Shown: positions 1 through 9,775 of the stretch, piece by piece
Numbering within the stretch: the first letter of the stretch is position 1
How the letters are laid out: each line of letters starts with the position of its first letter
Origin: Deferribacterales bacterium
GTDB taxonomy: Bacteria > Chrysiogenota > Deferribacteres > Deferribacterales > Geovibrionaceae
Reading direction: 5' to 3'
DNA: 55,908 nucleotides
NCBI GenBank assembly: GCA_050253075.1
Contig: JBFWJS010000005.1
Location: forward strand, 206,869 to 262,776
Notes under the pieces: generated by a model
Told to the model about the DNA's origin: nothing
What the model saw: only the letters and a program-made list of their open reading frames with translations
Database searches by the model: none
Made by a program: the position numbers and the translations under genes

Positions 1-2
1 TC

Positions 3-3000
3 TCCGCAGACACTCCACAGCAGTCTGTCGAAATCGCATACGACCCACAGGATAAGACAGTGCTCAGCGGTAATGCATCATACATCTGTGAGAGTCTCAC
101 AGGCGAGACTTTATCATCCGCAACGGCATTTTCAGGCAGTTCTACACATCTGTATGTAAATATGACGCCTGCCGACTATTCCATCATGAAGAACTGCGTG
201 TTTGACCTGACATACAATAATGAGACGCTGACATTCATAAGCGACGAATACCTTGTCGCATCGGAACTGAACCAATACGGCGACATCGCAGAATTTGCAA
301 ATGCCGTGACAAACAGCATCAATGAAACAGCGATACTCGCTGACAATGCATCAAGCTATGTGACATCAGACCTCTATCTGCCTAGCTCCCTATACGGACT
401 GGCTGTCACATGGGCCATAGAGGACATAAACGGAGTCACATCCACAGAGATATCCCCGAGCGGCGAGATAGTGAGAAACTTCCCCGCATACGATGACGGA
501 TACGCCGTTATCACGGGTACTATGCAGATAGGCAGTGAAGAGCTTATGTTCGGTCCTTTCACCATATACATAGCAAAACAGGACGGCATAGAAGTAAATG
601 CGAATGTCGGTCTGGGCGGGCTCGGATATTCTAACCCGGGGGGTGAATATCTGGTTTATAAATACTCGTACGACTCCGACGCTGAGGAATACAACACTCT
701 GTTGAAAGCAATGTACCCTGATCAGCTTTTGGGCGACTTAAACGAAGCAAACTATGAAGAGAGCGGTAACTTCAAATTCTACGGAAACTATACCGAGGAT
801 GCCGATACAGACGCACTGTATCTTGTCGCTATATACGGCGGTTTTGTCCCCGATGAGCAGTTCGACGGGCTGGAAACAGTAGTCGGCACAGTGCCTAATG
901 AGACTGTCGAGTATGCGCTTATCCCCGGGGACATCTTAGCCGAGGGCGGCACGGTGAACATAACAATGCTGACCCACACTGCTTTCGAATTTGTAAGGTA
1001 CATGATGTACGCTAAGATGAGCACAGAGGAGATCAGAAACACTCTGGACGAATACGCCAAAGCAACTGTGAAATCCGACCTGAACAACGACTCTGTCATA
1101 GACTACTACGATGTTCTGGCGTATCACCCTTACAACGGCTCATCTCTGAATACGGCACACATAAGCGAGCTGAACATAGCAGAAAGCGACATGCGTGACA
1201 TTTACACAGGGATATTCAGCAATGAATTTTCACCTGATTCCCTTTACGATTATATTAACAACACTGCGGTCACACTGCGGACAAGTCTGCTGGCACCTTA
1301 TCAAATGGCAGCAAGGGACAACATAGTCGCCGTGCGTTACAGCGACACTTACTACAGTGTTTATAACCTGAACGACCCCGAGAACGACAATGACATAGGC
1401 GTCGACTCAGGCATGTCATACGGCATGGGACCTATGTTTATTTCAGATAACTACATAATAATCACCGACGACGGATACGGATCAAGCGAAACCAGAGCCC
1501 ACCCTATATCAGGTGCTACGGTGGACACGAACACAACTATCGTCTACGAACATTATACCCCGGTAAAAGCAATAGCTGAGGCAAACGGGTATTACTACTT
1601 TGAACAGGGGAATCAGGTCGAGGTCACAGCAGACCTTGAAACCATGGATCACAGCATCACCACAGGCTCGATATCTGATGCCACGGGCATAAATGTCTCA
1701 AGCGACGGAAAACTTGTCTTCAGGTCAAACAGCTCTACGATAGAGGTGCTGAACGCCGACAATGCTTATGCGATGGTCGTTGTGAAGAATTTTAATACCG
1801 ACTTCGGATTCAGCGGCATCAGCTCCGTCAAACTCTACGAACAGGACGGAACAGACTATATCTTCTTCGTGGCAAACGGAAAGGCATACTATTCAGAGTT
1901 TATCGATACAGGCTTCGGCACACCTGTAAAGCTGGATACGGGCATAGCAGACAGCACAAGCCAGATATATATAGACGGCGTGGAGCTCTACCTTGTCACA
2001 GGGCAGCTTGCGCAGATATTCATATACGACATAAGCAATATGTCAGAAGGGGCAGAACTGACCAGACAGGTGGACCCTGCGCTCCCTTATGAAACAAACC
2101 AGAACTCCACATGGGCGATGGCAGCGTATAACGGCAAGGTCATCATGGACACAGACGACAAAACTGTCGTGGTGGATACAAACGCCTCAGGAGACCTGCA
2201 CATAGGCAAGCACTACGACTCCAGCCGATACATACAGGCGGCAGACGCCTCAGGGAACTTTGTCCATACGGCAGGAGGCTCAAACGAACTTGTCATCTAT
2301 TACAAAACAGATGATAAGCTCCACGAGATATTCACCGTAGATGCGGGCAACTCCGCCACAATATTCTCCGTAGACCTTTACGACAGCTTCGGCGTGACAG
2401 GCTCTGCGGGCGCTTATACAATGTATCATGCAGACCAGCTCATCGAGAGCAACATATCATGGAACGGAGACGAAGCCGTATTTAACGGAGACGTCATGGC
2501 GCTGATAGACACCACAAACCCGGTGGAAAGCGTACTGGTGGATAAAGAAGCAGGGAAAGCCTATATCAGCAAAACAGACGGATATCTGAAAATCTTCGAC
2601 ATAGCCACAACCAGCATGACAGGCGATACCGATATGCAGATATTCTCTGAAGATATGGCGGTCTTTAACTCAACATACCTCTATAACGTAACAGACGGAA
2701 GACTGGAAGGGTATGATTTATCAAACGGATACACCACGCTGGATACATCGGCCATAGCATATGACTCCGCCGATCTTGTTTCTATAATGACAGGTCATCT
2801 GATACTTGCGGATATGAGCGGGTATGTACTCCATGCCTATGATATAGACCCCGCATCAGGTGCACTGTATCCATATTCTGAAGGCAGTCTTCGTGACGAG
2901 CTGAGATGCCTCACGACGGATGAGGAGACAGGCATTATATACGCAGCAGGCATAAACGGCGGGATATACGTTTATCAGATAGGCACGGACCACATCGAAG

Positions 3001-3161
3001 ATGCCGCATATATAAACACTACATCAAGAGTCACAGACATAGAGATCGTAGGCGATGATCTTTATATATCTCTGGGTATAGGCGGTCTGGAAATACTGCC
3101 AAAGATGAAAAATGATGTTTATATCCCCACTGCCGACGACATGGCTATGCAGCTCCCTTAA
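3..3161 (+). CDS. Large acidic surface/secreted protein, 5'-truncated: Ig-like segment, dockerin/EF-hand-like motif, C-terminal LVIVD-like beta-propeller repeats
   Basis: Frame is open from the window edge (SADTPQQSVEIAYDPQDKTV... upstream of the GTG at 60). D/T/S/Y-rich. Contains 'DLYLPSSLYGLAVTW...ISPSGEIVR' (atrophied Ig-like), 'DLNNDSVIDYYDVL' (Ca-binding loop) and 'VTDIEIVGDDLYISLGIGGLEIL' (LVIVD-type repeat). Confidence 0.6.
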   Translation, partial: SADTPQQSVEIAYDPQDKTVLSGNASYICESLTGETLSSATAFSGSSTHLYVNMTPADYSIMKNCVFDLTYNNETLTFISDEYLVASELNQYGDIAEFANAVTNSINETAILADNASSYVTSDLYLPSSLYGLAVTWAIEDINGVTSTEISPSGEIVRNFPAYDDGYAVITGTMQIGSEELMFGPFTIYIAKQDGIEVNANVGLGGLGYSNPGGEYLVYKYSYDSDAEEYNTLLKAMYPDQLLGDLNEANYEESGNFKFYGNYTEDADTDALYLVAIYGGFVPDEQFDGLETVVGTVPNETVEYALIPGDILAEGGTVNITMLTHTAFEFVRYMMYAKMSTEEIRNTLDEYAKATVKSDLNNDSVIDYYDVLAYHPYNGSSLNTAHISELNIAESDMRDIYTGIFSNEFSPDSLYDYINNTAVTLRTSLLAPYQMAARDNIVAVRYSDTYYSVYNLNDPENDNDIGVDSGMSYGMGPMFISDNYIIITDDGYGSSETRAHPISGATVDTNTTIVYEHYTPVKAIAEANGYYYFEQGNQVEVTADLETMDHSITTGSISDATGINVSSDGKLVFRSNSSTIEVLNADNAYAMVVVKNFNTDFGFSGISSVKLYEQDGTDYIFFVANGKAYYSEFIDTGFGTPVKLDTGIADSTSQIYIDGVELYLVTGQLAQIFIYDISNMSEGAELTRQVDPALPYETNQNSTWAMAAYNGKVIMDTDDKTVVVDTNASGDLHIGKHYDSSRYIQAADASGNFVHTAGGSNELVIYYKTDDKLHEIFTVDAGNSATIFSVDLYDSFGVTGSAGAYTMYHADQLIESNISWNGDEAVFNGDVMALIDTTNPVESVLVDKEAGKAYISKTDGYLKIFDIATTSMTGDTDMQIFSEDMAVFNSTYLYNVTDGRLEGYDLSNGYTTLDTSAIAYDSADLVSIMTGHLILADMSGYVLHAYDIDPASGALYPYSEGSLRDELRCLTTDEETGIIYAAGINGGIYVYQIGTDHIEDAAYINTTSRVTDIEIVGDDLYISLGIGGLEILPKMKNDVYIPTADDMAMQLP

Positions 3162-3170
3162 TGACGAAAT

Positions 3171-3206
3171 AAAAAAGGCCGCTCATTCGGGCGGCCTTAC
3201 TTTTTT
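3171..3206. terminator. Bidirectional intrinsic terminator
   Basis: AAAAAAGGCCGC-TCATTCGG-GCGGCCTTACTTTTTT between convergent genes. Confidence 0.85.
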
Positions 3207-3225
3207 ATAAGTTTGATAGTTAGTT

Positions 3226-4170
3226 CTAGTTTAGTGCGTTGTGCGGTTTCTCTTCTTTGAAAACTTTCAGCACGGAGTCACAGCACAGCTTTGCCATCTC
3301 TTCCCTCGTGGCGAAACTTCCGCTGCCTATGTGGGGTGCGAGGATGACATTATCCAGCTTAAAGAGCCCTTCGTCTATCTTCGGCTCTTCTTCGTAAACA
3401 TCGAGCCCCGCAGCAAATATCAGCTTGCTCTCCAGAGCTTTCACAAGGTCTCTCTCTCTGATTATCTCACCGCGTCCGATATTCACCAGAATGGCGGAAG
3501 ACTTCATCTGTACGAATGTCTCCAGTGTGAATTTATGCTTTGTCTCAGGTGTGGCGGGTGCAGTGATTATCACAAAATCGGACTGACGTATCATGTCCTC
3601 AAAGCTGACACGCCTTGCCCCTGTGAGGAGCTCTGCCTGAGGCTTTTTCGAACGAGAGGTATAAAGGATATCCATGTTAAAGCCTGATGCCATCTGTGCC
3701 ACGGCCTGCCCTATGCGTCCAAAGCCGAATATGCCGAGTGTTTTCCCGTGCATATCCATACCGAGGAGCATGTCTGCCTTCCACCCTTTGAACTTCTTCT
3801 TACGGGTGAAATTATCTGCCTCTGCGATGCGCCTTGCCGATGCCATCATGAGTGAGAATCCAAGCTCGGCTGTTGTCTGTGTGAGCACGTCGGGAGTGTT
3901 GCACACGGTGATTCCCAGCTCTGTGGCTGCTGCCACGTCTATGTTGTTATAGCCCACTGCATAGTTGGCTACCACTTTCAGTTTTTTGCATGAAGCCATG
4001 AAGTCTCTGTCTATCTTGTCAGACAGCATGGATATCACGGCGTCTGCATCTTCGGCTCTTTTTTTGAGCTCTTTCGGCGTGAGTGCCTTCCCTTTATTAT
4101 AGTCCAGCTCGTGCCCTTTCAGGTATCCTTCGATGTCGAAGGGGAGCTCTGATGTAATGAGTATCTTCAT
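3226..4170 (-). CDS. D-2-hydroxyacid dehydrogenase (glyoxylate/hydroxypyruvate reductase family)
   Basis: AVGYNNIDV, NTPDVLT, GFGRIGQAVA Rossmann motif, NIGRG, AGLDVYEEEP, PHIGS catalytic motifs. Confidence 0.9.
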   Translation of the reverse strand: MKILITSELPFDIEGYLKGHELDYNKGKALTPKELKKRAEDADAVISMLSDKIDRDFMASCKKLKVVANYAVGYNNIDVAAATELGITVCNTPDVLTQTTAELGFSLMMASARRIAEADNFTRKKKFKGWKADMLLGMDMHGKTLGIFGFGRIGQAVAQMASGFNMDILYTSRSKKPQAELLTGARRVSFEDMIRQSDFVIITAPATPETKHKFTLETFVQMKSSAILVNIGRGEIIRERDLVKALESKLIFAAGLDVYEEEPKIDEGLFKLDNVILAPHIGSGSFATREEMAKLCCDSVLKVFKEEKPHNALN

Positions 4171-4192
4171 GTTAATTCCCTGCTATGAATCA

Positions 4193-4250
4193 GTCATTCT
4201 GAAGCTCGGCAGAAGAATCTGAACAGATCCTTTGCTTCACTCAGGATGAC
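4193..4250. repeat. REP-like palindromic doublet, GTCATTCTGA..TCAGGATGAC subtype
   Basis: GTCATTCTGAAGCTCGGCAGAAGAATCTG-AA-CAGATCCTTTGCTTCACTCAGGATGAC; similar to the copy at 23202. Confidence 0.8.
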
Positions 4251-4276
4251 AGACAATATACCTGCGGGCTGACCCG

Positions 4277-4780
4277 CTACTTATACTTCTTCCTGCGGAA
4301 GAGGTCTGTACGCTTTGATATAACACGGTCGATGAAGAGCGTACCGTCGAGGTGGTCTGTCTCGTGCTGGAGCAGAACAGCCTCAAAGTCCTCGGCCTCT
4401 ATGACCTTTTCTTCAAAGTTTTCGTCCTGATATTTTATAAGTATCTTGCGTGCACGGTTCACGTTACCTGTGAAATCAGGCACGGACATGCACCCCTCAC
4501 GAAACTGGAGCATCCCTTCCCATTTGAGTATCTCAGGGTTTATGAGCACCAGCCTTCCGTGGTGGTTTTCGCACTTTTTATTTTTCGAAGCGTCGGCAAC
4601 GACAATCCTGAGCGCTTCGCCTATCTGTGTGGCGGCTATGCCCGTGGAGTGTCCCGACTCTTCCATTGTGTCTATAAGGTCCTGAATGACCTGCTTAGCA
4701 CGGTCGTCCAGTTCTGTTACATCCTCGGCCATCTCTTTCAGCCTCGGATCGGGATATACTAATACTTCTCTTACTGCCAT
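4277..4780 (-). CDS. def: Peptide deformylase
   Basis: STGIAATQIG (motif 1 variant), EGCMS, QHETDHLDG. Confidence 0.92.
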   Translation of the reverse strand: MAVREVLVYPDPRLKEMAEDVTELDDRAKQVIQDLIDTMEESGHSTGIAATQIGEALRIVVADASKNKKCENHHGRLVLINPEILKWEGMLQFREGCMSVPDFTGNVNRARKILIKYQDENFEEKVIEAEDFEAVLLQHETDHLDGTLFIDRVISKRTDLFRRKKYK

Positions 4781-4783
4781 GTG

Positions 4784-5323
4784 TTAAAACTCGTATGTCT
4801 CTATATGTCTGATGTTTACGTCTGTGCCGAGCTCACGGGATATACTCTTAAGGTCGTCATCCCATCCTGCCGGTGTGCCCTCTTCGACTATTATCTCGAG
4901 AACCATGATATATATAGGACTTGTCTTTGAACCTGCAACCTTTGTCTGAAGGTCCATGATGTTAATTTTCTTCTCTGCCATGTATGAGGCGATCTTGTTC
5001 ACTATGCCCGGTTTGTCGGAGCCGTACACAGACACTACATAATGCTCGCCCTCGGGCTTCGGCACTGTGTCCTGCATCTCCTGCACATATACTTCCACGT
5101 CCATACCGTTCTCAAATCCGCTGAAAAGCGTCTTGACCTCTGTGGCTGTTCTCCCCTCTTTACACTTCACGATGAAGATAGCGGAGAAAAAGCCCTGAAG
5201 CAGTGTGGAGCTGGAATCCTCGATATTAAAATTATTCTCATAGAATACTTTTGAAACACCGGCAACGATACCCGGCCTGTCGGCTGCGATAAGGGTAACG
5301 GCAAACAAATTTTCTTTACTCAT
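4784..5323 (-). CDS. Tandem ACT-domain protein (GcvR-like)
   Basis: Two ACT repeats (ADRPGIVAGVS; GSDKPGIVNKIA); start moved to ATG 5323 behind a GAGGTG SD. Confidence 0.85.
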   Translation of the reverse strand: MSKENLFAVTLIAADRPGIVAGVSKVFYENNFNIEDSSSTLLQGFFSAIFIVKCKEGRTATEVKTLFSGFENGMDVEVYVQEMQDTVPKPEGEHYVVSVYGSDKPGIVNKIASYMAEKKINIMDLQTKVAGSKTSPIYIMVLEIIVEEGTPAGWDDDLKSISRELGTDVNIRHIETYEF

Positions 5324-5352
5324 AGTACACCTCAAATGCAAGATACTAAAAT

Positions 5353-5381
5353 ATTATCAGCTCCATAGGCTAATGTGTCAA
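5353..5381 (-). promoter_or_regulatory. sigma70 promoter for the ACT-def operon
   Basis: TTGACA-17-GATAAT on the minus strand. Confidence 0.55.
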
Positions 5382-5439
5382 CCCTATTCTAAATCACGAC
5401 ACGTTTAGTCCCATTTTTCAGATATATGACAGATAAGCC

Positions 5440-5469
5440 TTGAAATAATGACCCCTAAAGCAATATAAT
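5440..5469 (+). promoter_or_regulatory. sigma70 promoter for clpC
   Basis: TTGAAA-18-TATAAT followed by a GAGG SD. Confidence 0.55.
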
Positions 5470-5494
5470 ATATAGACAATGAGAGGACATCAAC

Positions 5495-7903
5495 ATGTTT
5501 GAATTATTTACAGATAGAGCACGCAGAGTAATACTTTTCGCCAGAGAGGCATCAGAGAGACTGATGCAGACATCCATAGATACGGAGCACATCCTGCTCG
5601 GACTGCTGAGAGAGCGTTCGGGGCTGGCTGCGGAGATATTCACCCGCAGAGGCATAGACGTATCCATGCTGATGAACGACGTGAAGAGCGTCAGTGAAAA
5701 GGGGCACAACCTTATGATCAAAGGCAGTCTGCCTTTCAGCCAGAATGGTAAGAATGTCCTCGACTTTTCCGTCGAAGAGGCGAAAACGCTCAACAACAAA
5801 TACGTTAATACGGAACACATCCTCCTCGGGCTGCTGAGAGAAAAGAAAGGGAAAGCATCCATGCTCCTTTCAAAGCTCGGCTTCGACCTTGTCACCCTGA
5901 GGGAAGAGATACAGAATATAGCAAAAACATACGCTAAGAACACCGAGCAGGCTGCCACACCGACACTGGAAGAGTTCGGCCGTGACCTTACAAAACAGGC
6001 GAAAGACGGAAAGCTCGACCCTGTCATCGGCAGAAGCACGGAGATAACCCGACTAATACAGATACTCGGCAGGCGTATAAAGAACAATGCCGTCATCATA
6101 GGCGAACCGGGCGTGGGCAAGACAGCCATCGTCGAAGGGCTCGCAATAAAGATGGCGTCTGAGGACGTGCCTGATTTCCTCCGTGGAAAGAGGCTCTTCT
6201 CCCTTGAGCTCGGCAATGTCGTCGCAGGTACGAAATACCGAGGACAGTTCGAAGAGCGCATGAAAAACCTCATCAAAGAGATCGAACAGGACGGAAACGT
6301 CATAGTCTTCATAGACGAGATACACACAATAGTCGGCGCAGGCGCAGCAGAGGGGTCTATCGACGCTTCCAACATGCTGAAGCCCGCACTGGCGAGAGGC
6401 ATTTTCCAGTGTATCGGAGCGACCACCCTCAGCGAATTCCGCAAGAATTTCGAAAAGGACGGTGCTCTCAACAGACGATTCCAGACCATCCCCGTAGACC
6501 AGCCTGATGCCGACGAGACAGTACAGATACTCGACGGTATAAAGCGTTTCTACGAAGACTTCCACAAGGTTCTCATACCCCACGATGTACTCGAAGAGAT
6601 AGCCAGGCTGACCGACAGATACATCACGGACAAATTTCAGCCGGATAAGAGTATCGACGTGCTCGACGAGGCATGTTCCAGGCTGAAGCTCGCCACACGC
6701 ACAATGCCCGACGACATGATCCGCATAAAGGATAAGCTGAACCACCTGAAAGAACTGCGTGACGAGAAGCTCCGAGCAAACGACTACGACAACATTCAGA
6801 AATACAGCAAAGATGTGGAACGCTGGGCGTCAAAGCTCTCCGTTGCGCAGAAAGAATGGGAGGAAGAGCTCGACCTCGACTGGCCGACCCTCACCATAGA
6901 AAACATATCCGAAGTTGTAGCGCACATGACAGGCGTACCCGTGCAGAAGCTCAAAACTGACGACCTCGCCCGCATAGCAAACATAGACAAGGATATAAAA
7001 GAGTTCATCATCGGACAGGACGAAGCGGTAGACGCACTCTCAAGGTCTGTCAAACGCAGCTTCGCAGGGCTTTCTAACCCTGCCCGTCCCCTCGGTTCAT
7101 TCATCTTTATGGGGCCTACGGGCGTAGGTAAGACAGAAGTGGCGAAAAAGCTCGCCGAGATAGTCTTCGGCTCTGAAAACTCCCTGATAAGGATAGACAT
7201 GAGCGAATACATGGAGCGCTTCAACAGCTCCCGCCTTATCGGTGCACCTCCGGGCTACGTCGGCTATGAAGAGGGCGGAAAGCTTACAGAGCAGGTCCGC
7301 AGAAAACCTTATGCCGTAGTGCTCTTTGACGAGATAGAGAAGGCGCACCCCGAAGTGCTGAACATCCTGCTCCAGATACTGGACGACGGACACATAAACG
7401 ACAGCCTCGGACATAAGGTAAACTTTAAGAACACTATAATAATAATGACGTCTAACCTCGGCACAAAGCTCAGCCTTAACCGTAAGACCATGGGCTTCGA
7501 CACCGGTGACGAGACAAACGACCTCATAGACTATGGTACATTCAGCTCAAACGCCCACAAAGAGCTCAAGGATAAATTTCCGCCTGAGTTCATAAACAGG
7601 GTGGACAGCCTCGTGGTTTTCAAACCTCTGGGCAAAGCAGAGCTGATGAACATCATAGACCTGCAGCTGCTCGAGATAAACAAACGCCTCGAAGTAATGG
7701 GCAAACAGCTCGAACTGGACGAAGACGTGAAAGAGTTCCTCGTGAACAGCGACTACGAGTTCAACTACGGTGCGAGACCTATCAAACGTCTGCTCCAGTC
7801 AAAGATAGAAGACCCCCTCAGCGAGATACTTCTCGAGGGCAAGTTTAACAAGCGTAAGAACCTGAAAGTACAGCTTAAGGGTGACGAAATTGTCTTCAGA
7901 TAA
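5495..7903 (+). CDS. clpC: ATP-dependent Clp protease ATP-binding subunit, ClpC-like
   Basis: Two Clp_N repeats (TEHILLGLL twice), Walker A GEPGVGKT and GPTGVGKT, short coiled-coil middle domain, ClpP-docking 'MGF' loop. Confidence 0.9.
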   Translation: MFELFTDRARRVILFAREASERLMQTSIDTEHILLGLLRERSGLAAEIFTRRGIDVSMLMNDVKSVSEKGHNLMIKGSLPFSQNGKNVLDFSVEEAKTLNNKYVNTEHILLGLLREKKGKASMLLSKLGFDLVTLREEIQNIAKTYAKNTEQAATPTLEEFGRDLTKQAKDGKLDPVIGRSTEITRLIQILGRRIKNNAVIIGEPGVGKTAIVEGLAIKMASEDVPDFLRGKRLFSLELGNVVAGTKYRGQFEERMKNLIKEIEQDGNVIVFIDEIHTIVGAGAAEGSIDASNMLKPALARGIFQCIGATTLSEFRKNFEKDGALNRRFQTIPVDQPDADETVQILDGIKRFYEDFHKVLIPHDVLEEIARLTDRYITDKFQPDKSIDVLDEACSRLKLATRTMPDDMIRIKDKLNHLKELRDEKLRANDYDNIQKYSKDVERWASKLSVAQKEWEEELDLDWPTLTIENISEVVAHMTGVPVQKLKTDDLARIANIDKDIKEFIIGQDEAVDALSRSVKRSFAGLSNPARPLGSFIFMGPTGVGKTEVAKKLAEIVFGSENSLIRIDMSEYMERFNSSRLIGAPPGYVGYEEGGKLTEQVRRKPYAVVLFDEIEKAHPEVLNILLQILDDGHINDSLGHKVNFKNTIIIMTSNLGTKLSLNRKTMGFDTGDETNDLIDYGTFSSNAHKELKDKFPPEFINRVDSLVVFKPLGKAELMNIIDLQLLEINKRLEVMGKQLELDEDVKEFLVNSDYEFNYGARPIKRLLQSKIEDPLSEILLEGKFNKRKNLKVQLKGDEIVFR

Positions 7904-9191
7904 GCGCATACTTATAGCAGGCTCGGGCGCTATCGGCAGCTTTTACGGCGGTCTGATGGCAAAGGCAGGCTATAACGTAGACTTTTATGCCAGAGGCGCA
8001 CACCTCGCAGCAATGCAGGAAACGGGCAAACTCATCATCGACAGCCATAAGCTGGGCGAAATGGTGCTCGGCGTTAATGCCGTGGCAAAGCCCGAGGGCG
8101 TGTACGACATAATATTCCTCTGCGTAAAATCACAGGGGACTGCCGAAATGGCTGCGGAGCTGAAAGACAGCCTTGCATCCGACGGCTGTATCGTCTCCTT
8201 TCAAAACGGGGTGGAGAACCCCGATATCCTAGCAAACATCTTCGGTGAAGAGCGTGTCATAGGCGCAAGCCTCTTTGTCGGCTTGTCCATAACAGCACCG
8301 GGCAAAGTGACCCACGCAGGTTCGGGCAACTGTATCTATGGTGAATGGTGCAAAGCATCCAAAAAGTTCATACCTGCCCTGCAGGAGATATTCGATAAAA
8401 GCGGTATAGACGCCGAGGCGTCAGACAACATCCGCCATGTACTCTGGGGCAAGCTGGTGTGGAACGCAGCTTTCAACCCGCTGTCTGCTCTGCTCACCAG
8501 CACATGCGGACCGATGGTGGAGAGCGATGTCATCAATCCGCTGATGGTAAACATCGTGAAAGAGGTCGTCGCTGCTGCTGCCATGCACGGCGTGACCATC
8601 ACAGAGGAAGAGTGGCGGAAGAAGCTCACCGTGTACCACTACGATTTCAAAACAAGCATGCTGCAGGACGTCGAACACCTGCGCACGCCGGAGATAGACG
8701 GCATACTGGGGCCTGTGATCCGCACCCACGAGGCAAACGGAAAGACAGCTCCGTACTGCGACACCATATACCGCACACTGGAGTTCAAATACGGCAGACG
8801 CTTTATCTATTGTCCGAAGCTGACAGTGGACGCAATAGTCCGCAGAGGCGACGAGATATTACTGATAGAGAGAAAAAATGAACCCCACGGCTGGGCTCTC
8901 CCGGGCGGATTCGTAGACTACGGCGAAACAGTCGAACACGCAGCATCCAGAGAACTCCTCGAGGAGACGGGCATAAGGGCATCAGACATGAAAATGCTCG
9001 GTGTTTACTCCGACCCTGAAAGGGACAAGCGTGGGCATACGGTATCGGTAGTTTACTATACGGATACTGATCAGACACCGAAAGCAGGCGACGATGCGAA
9101 GAATGCCGCATTCTTTAAAATTGATGAACTGCCCGCTGATATTGTTTTTGACCACAGAAAAATTATCAACGACTACCTTATAAAATTCTAA
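7881..9191 (+). CDS. panE: 2-dehydropantoate 2-reductase (PanE/ApbA) fused to a C-terminal Nudix hydrolase
   Basis: GSGAIG, QNG, WGKLVWN (catalytic Lys), SMLQD..EID (catalytic Glu), then Nudix box GGFVDYGETVEHAASRELLEETG in the same frame. Confidence 0.85.
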   Translation: MTKLSSDKRILIAGSGAIGSFYGGLMAKAGYNVDFYARGAHLAAMQETGKLIIDSHKLGEMVLGVNAVAKPEGVYDIIFLCVKSQGTAEMAAELKDSLASDGCIVSFQNGVENPDILANIFGEERVIGASLFVGLSITAPGKVTHAGSGNCIYGEWCKASKKFIPALQEIFDKSGIDAEASDNIRHVLWGKLVWNAAFNPLSALLTSTCGPMVESDVINPLMVNIVKEVVAAAAMHGVTITEEEWRKKLTVYHYDFKTSMLQDVEHLRTPEIDGILGPVIRTHEANGKTAPYCDTIYRTLEFKYGRRFIYCPKLTVDAIVRRGDEILLIERKNEPHGWALPGGFVDYGETVEHAASRELLEETGIRASDMKMLGVYSDPERDKRGHTVSVVYYTDTDQTPKAGDDAKNAAFFKIDELPADIVFDHRKIINDYLIKF

Positions 9192-9270
9192 ACTTAACAA
9201 TGTTTTTCACAAAAAGTCACTTGTCAAATACCTATTAATGACGATATTACTACTATAATTGAGGGCTTAA

Positions 9271-9732
9271 ATGAGAAACAAAAAGGAAGCAGGCGAAAAC
9301 CGCAGGGAACACATGCGTGTCGACTCCCGTCTCCACTTTTGCATATCAGTTGTCGAGGGTATCGACGAAGAAGCAGGAAAATACATATACGGAAGCTGCT
9401 TCTGCACGATGACAGAGGATATTTCATTAGGTGGTATTTGTATCCACCATGGCGGAAAGCTGAATGAGGGCGACAGTGTGGAGATATCCACACCGCAAAA
9501 GATGAAAAGAGCGGAATGCCTCACTTGTGAGGACTCTTATATCTTTGCGAATGATTTAGACATTATGCCTATATTCGGTAAAGTGCTATGGATACGAGGG
9601 ACAAAGTGCGGTATTGAATTCAGGAATCTCAGCAGACGAAATGAGAATGTCCTGTCTAAATTTATTTGGGATGAACATCTGGACGGCATAAGAGACAATA
9701 AACGAAAAGATGTCGTTCACAAGAAATTCTAA
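9271..9732 (+). CDS. PilZ-domain c-di-GMP-binding protein
   Basis: RxxxR (RREHMR) and DxSxxG (DISLGG) motifs; C-terminal GIEF. Confidence 0.8.
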   Translation: MRNKKEAGENRREHMRVDSRLHFCISVVEGIDEEAGKYIYGSCFCTMTEDISLGGICIHHGGKLNEGDSVEISTPQKMKRAECLTCEDSYIFANDLDIMPIFGKVLWIRGTKCGIEFRNLSRRNENVLSKFIWDEHLDGIRDNKRKDVVHKKF

Positions 9733-9739
9733 ATTATCT

Positions 9740-9769
9740 TTGACCGAATAACCCGTACAGGGGTATAAT
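9740..9769 (+). promoter_or_regulatory. sigma70 promoter, probably giving a leaderless mRNA
   Basis: TTGACC-18-TATAAT; ATG 9776 is the 7th base after the -10 box; no SD. Confidence 0.55.
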
Positions 9770-9775
9770 GTTTTC

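Noticed and set aside
5455..6489. 344-aa ORF antisense to clpC
   Set aside because: Shadow ORF of a highly conserved gene; no motifs or SD; antisense open frames are common opposite Clp genes
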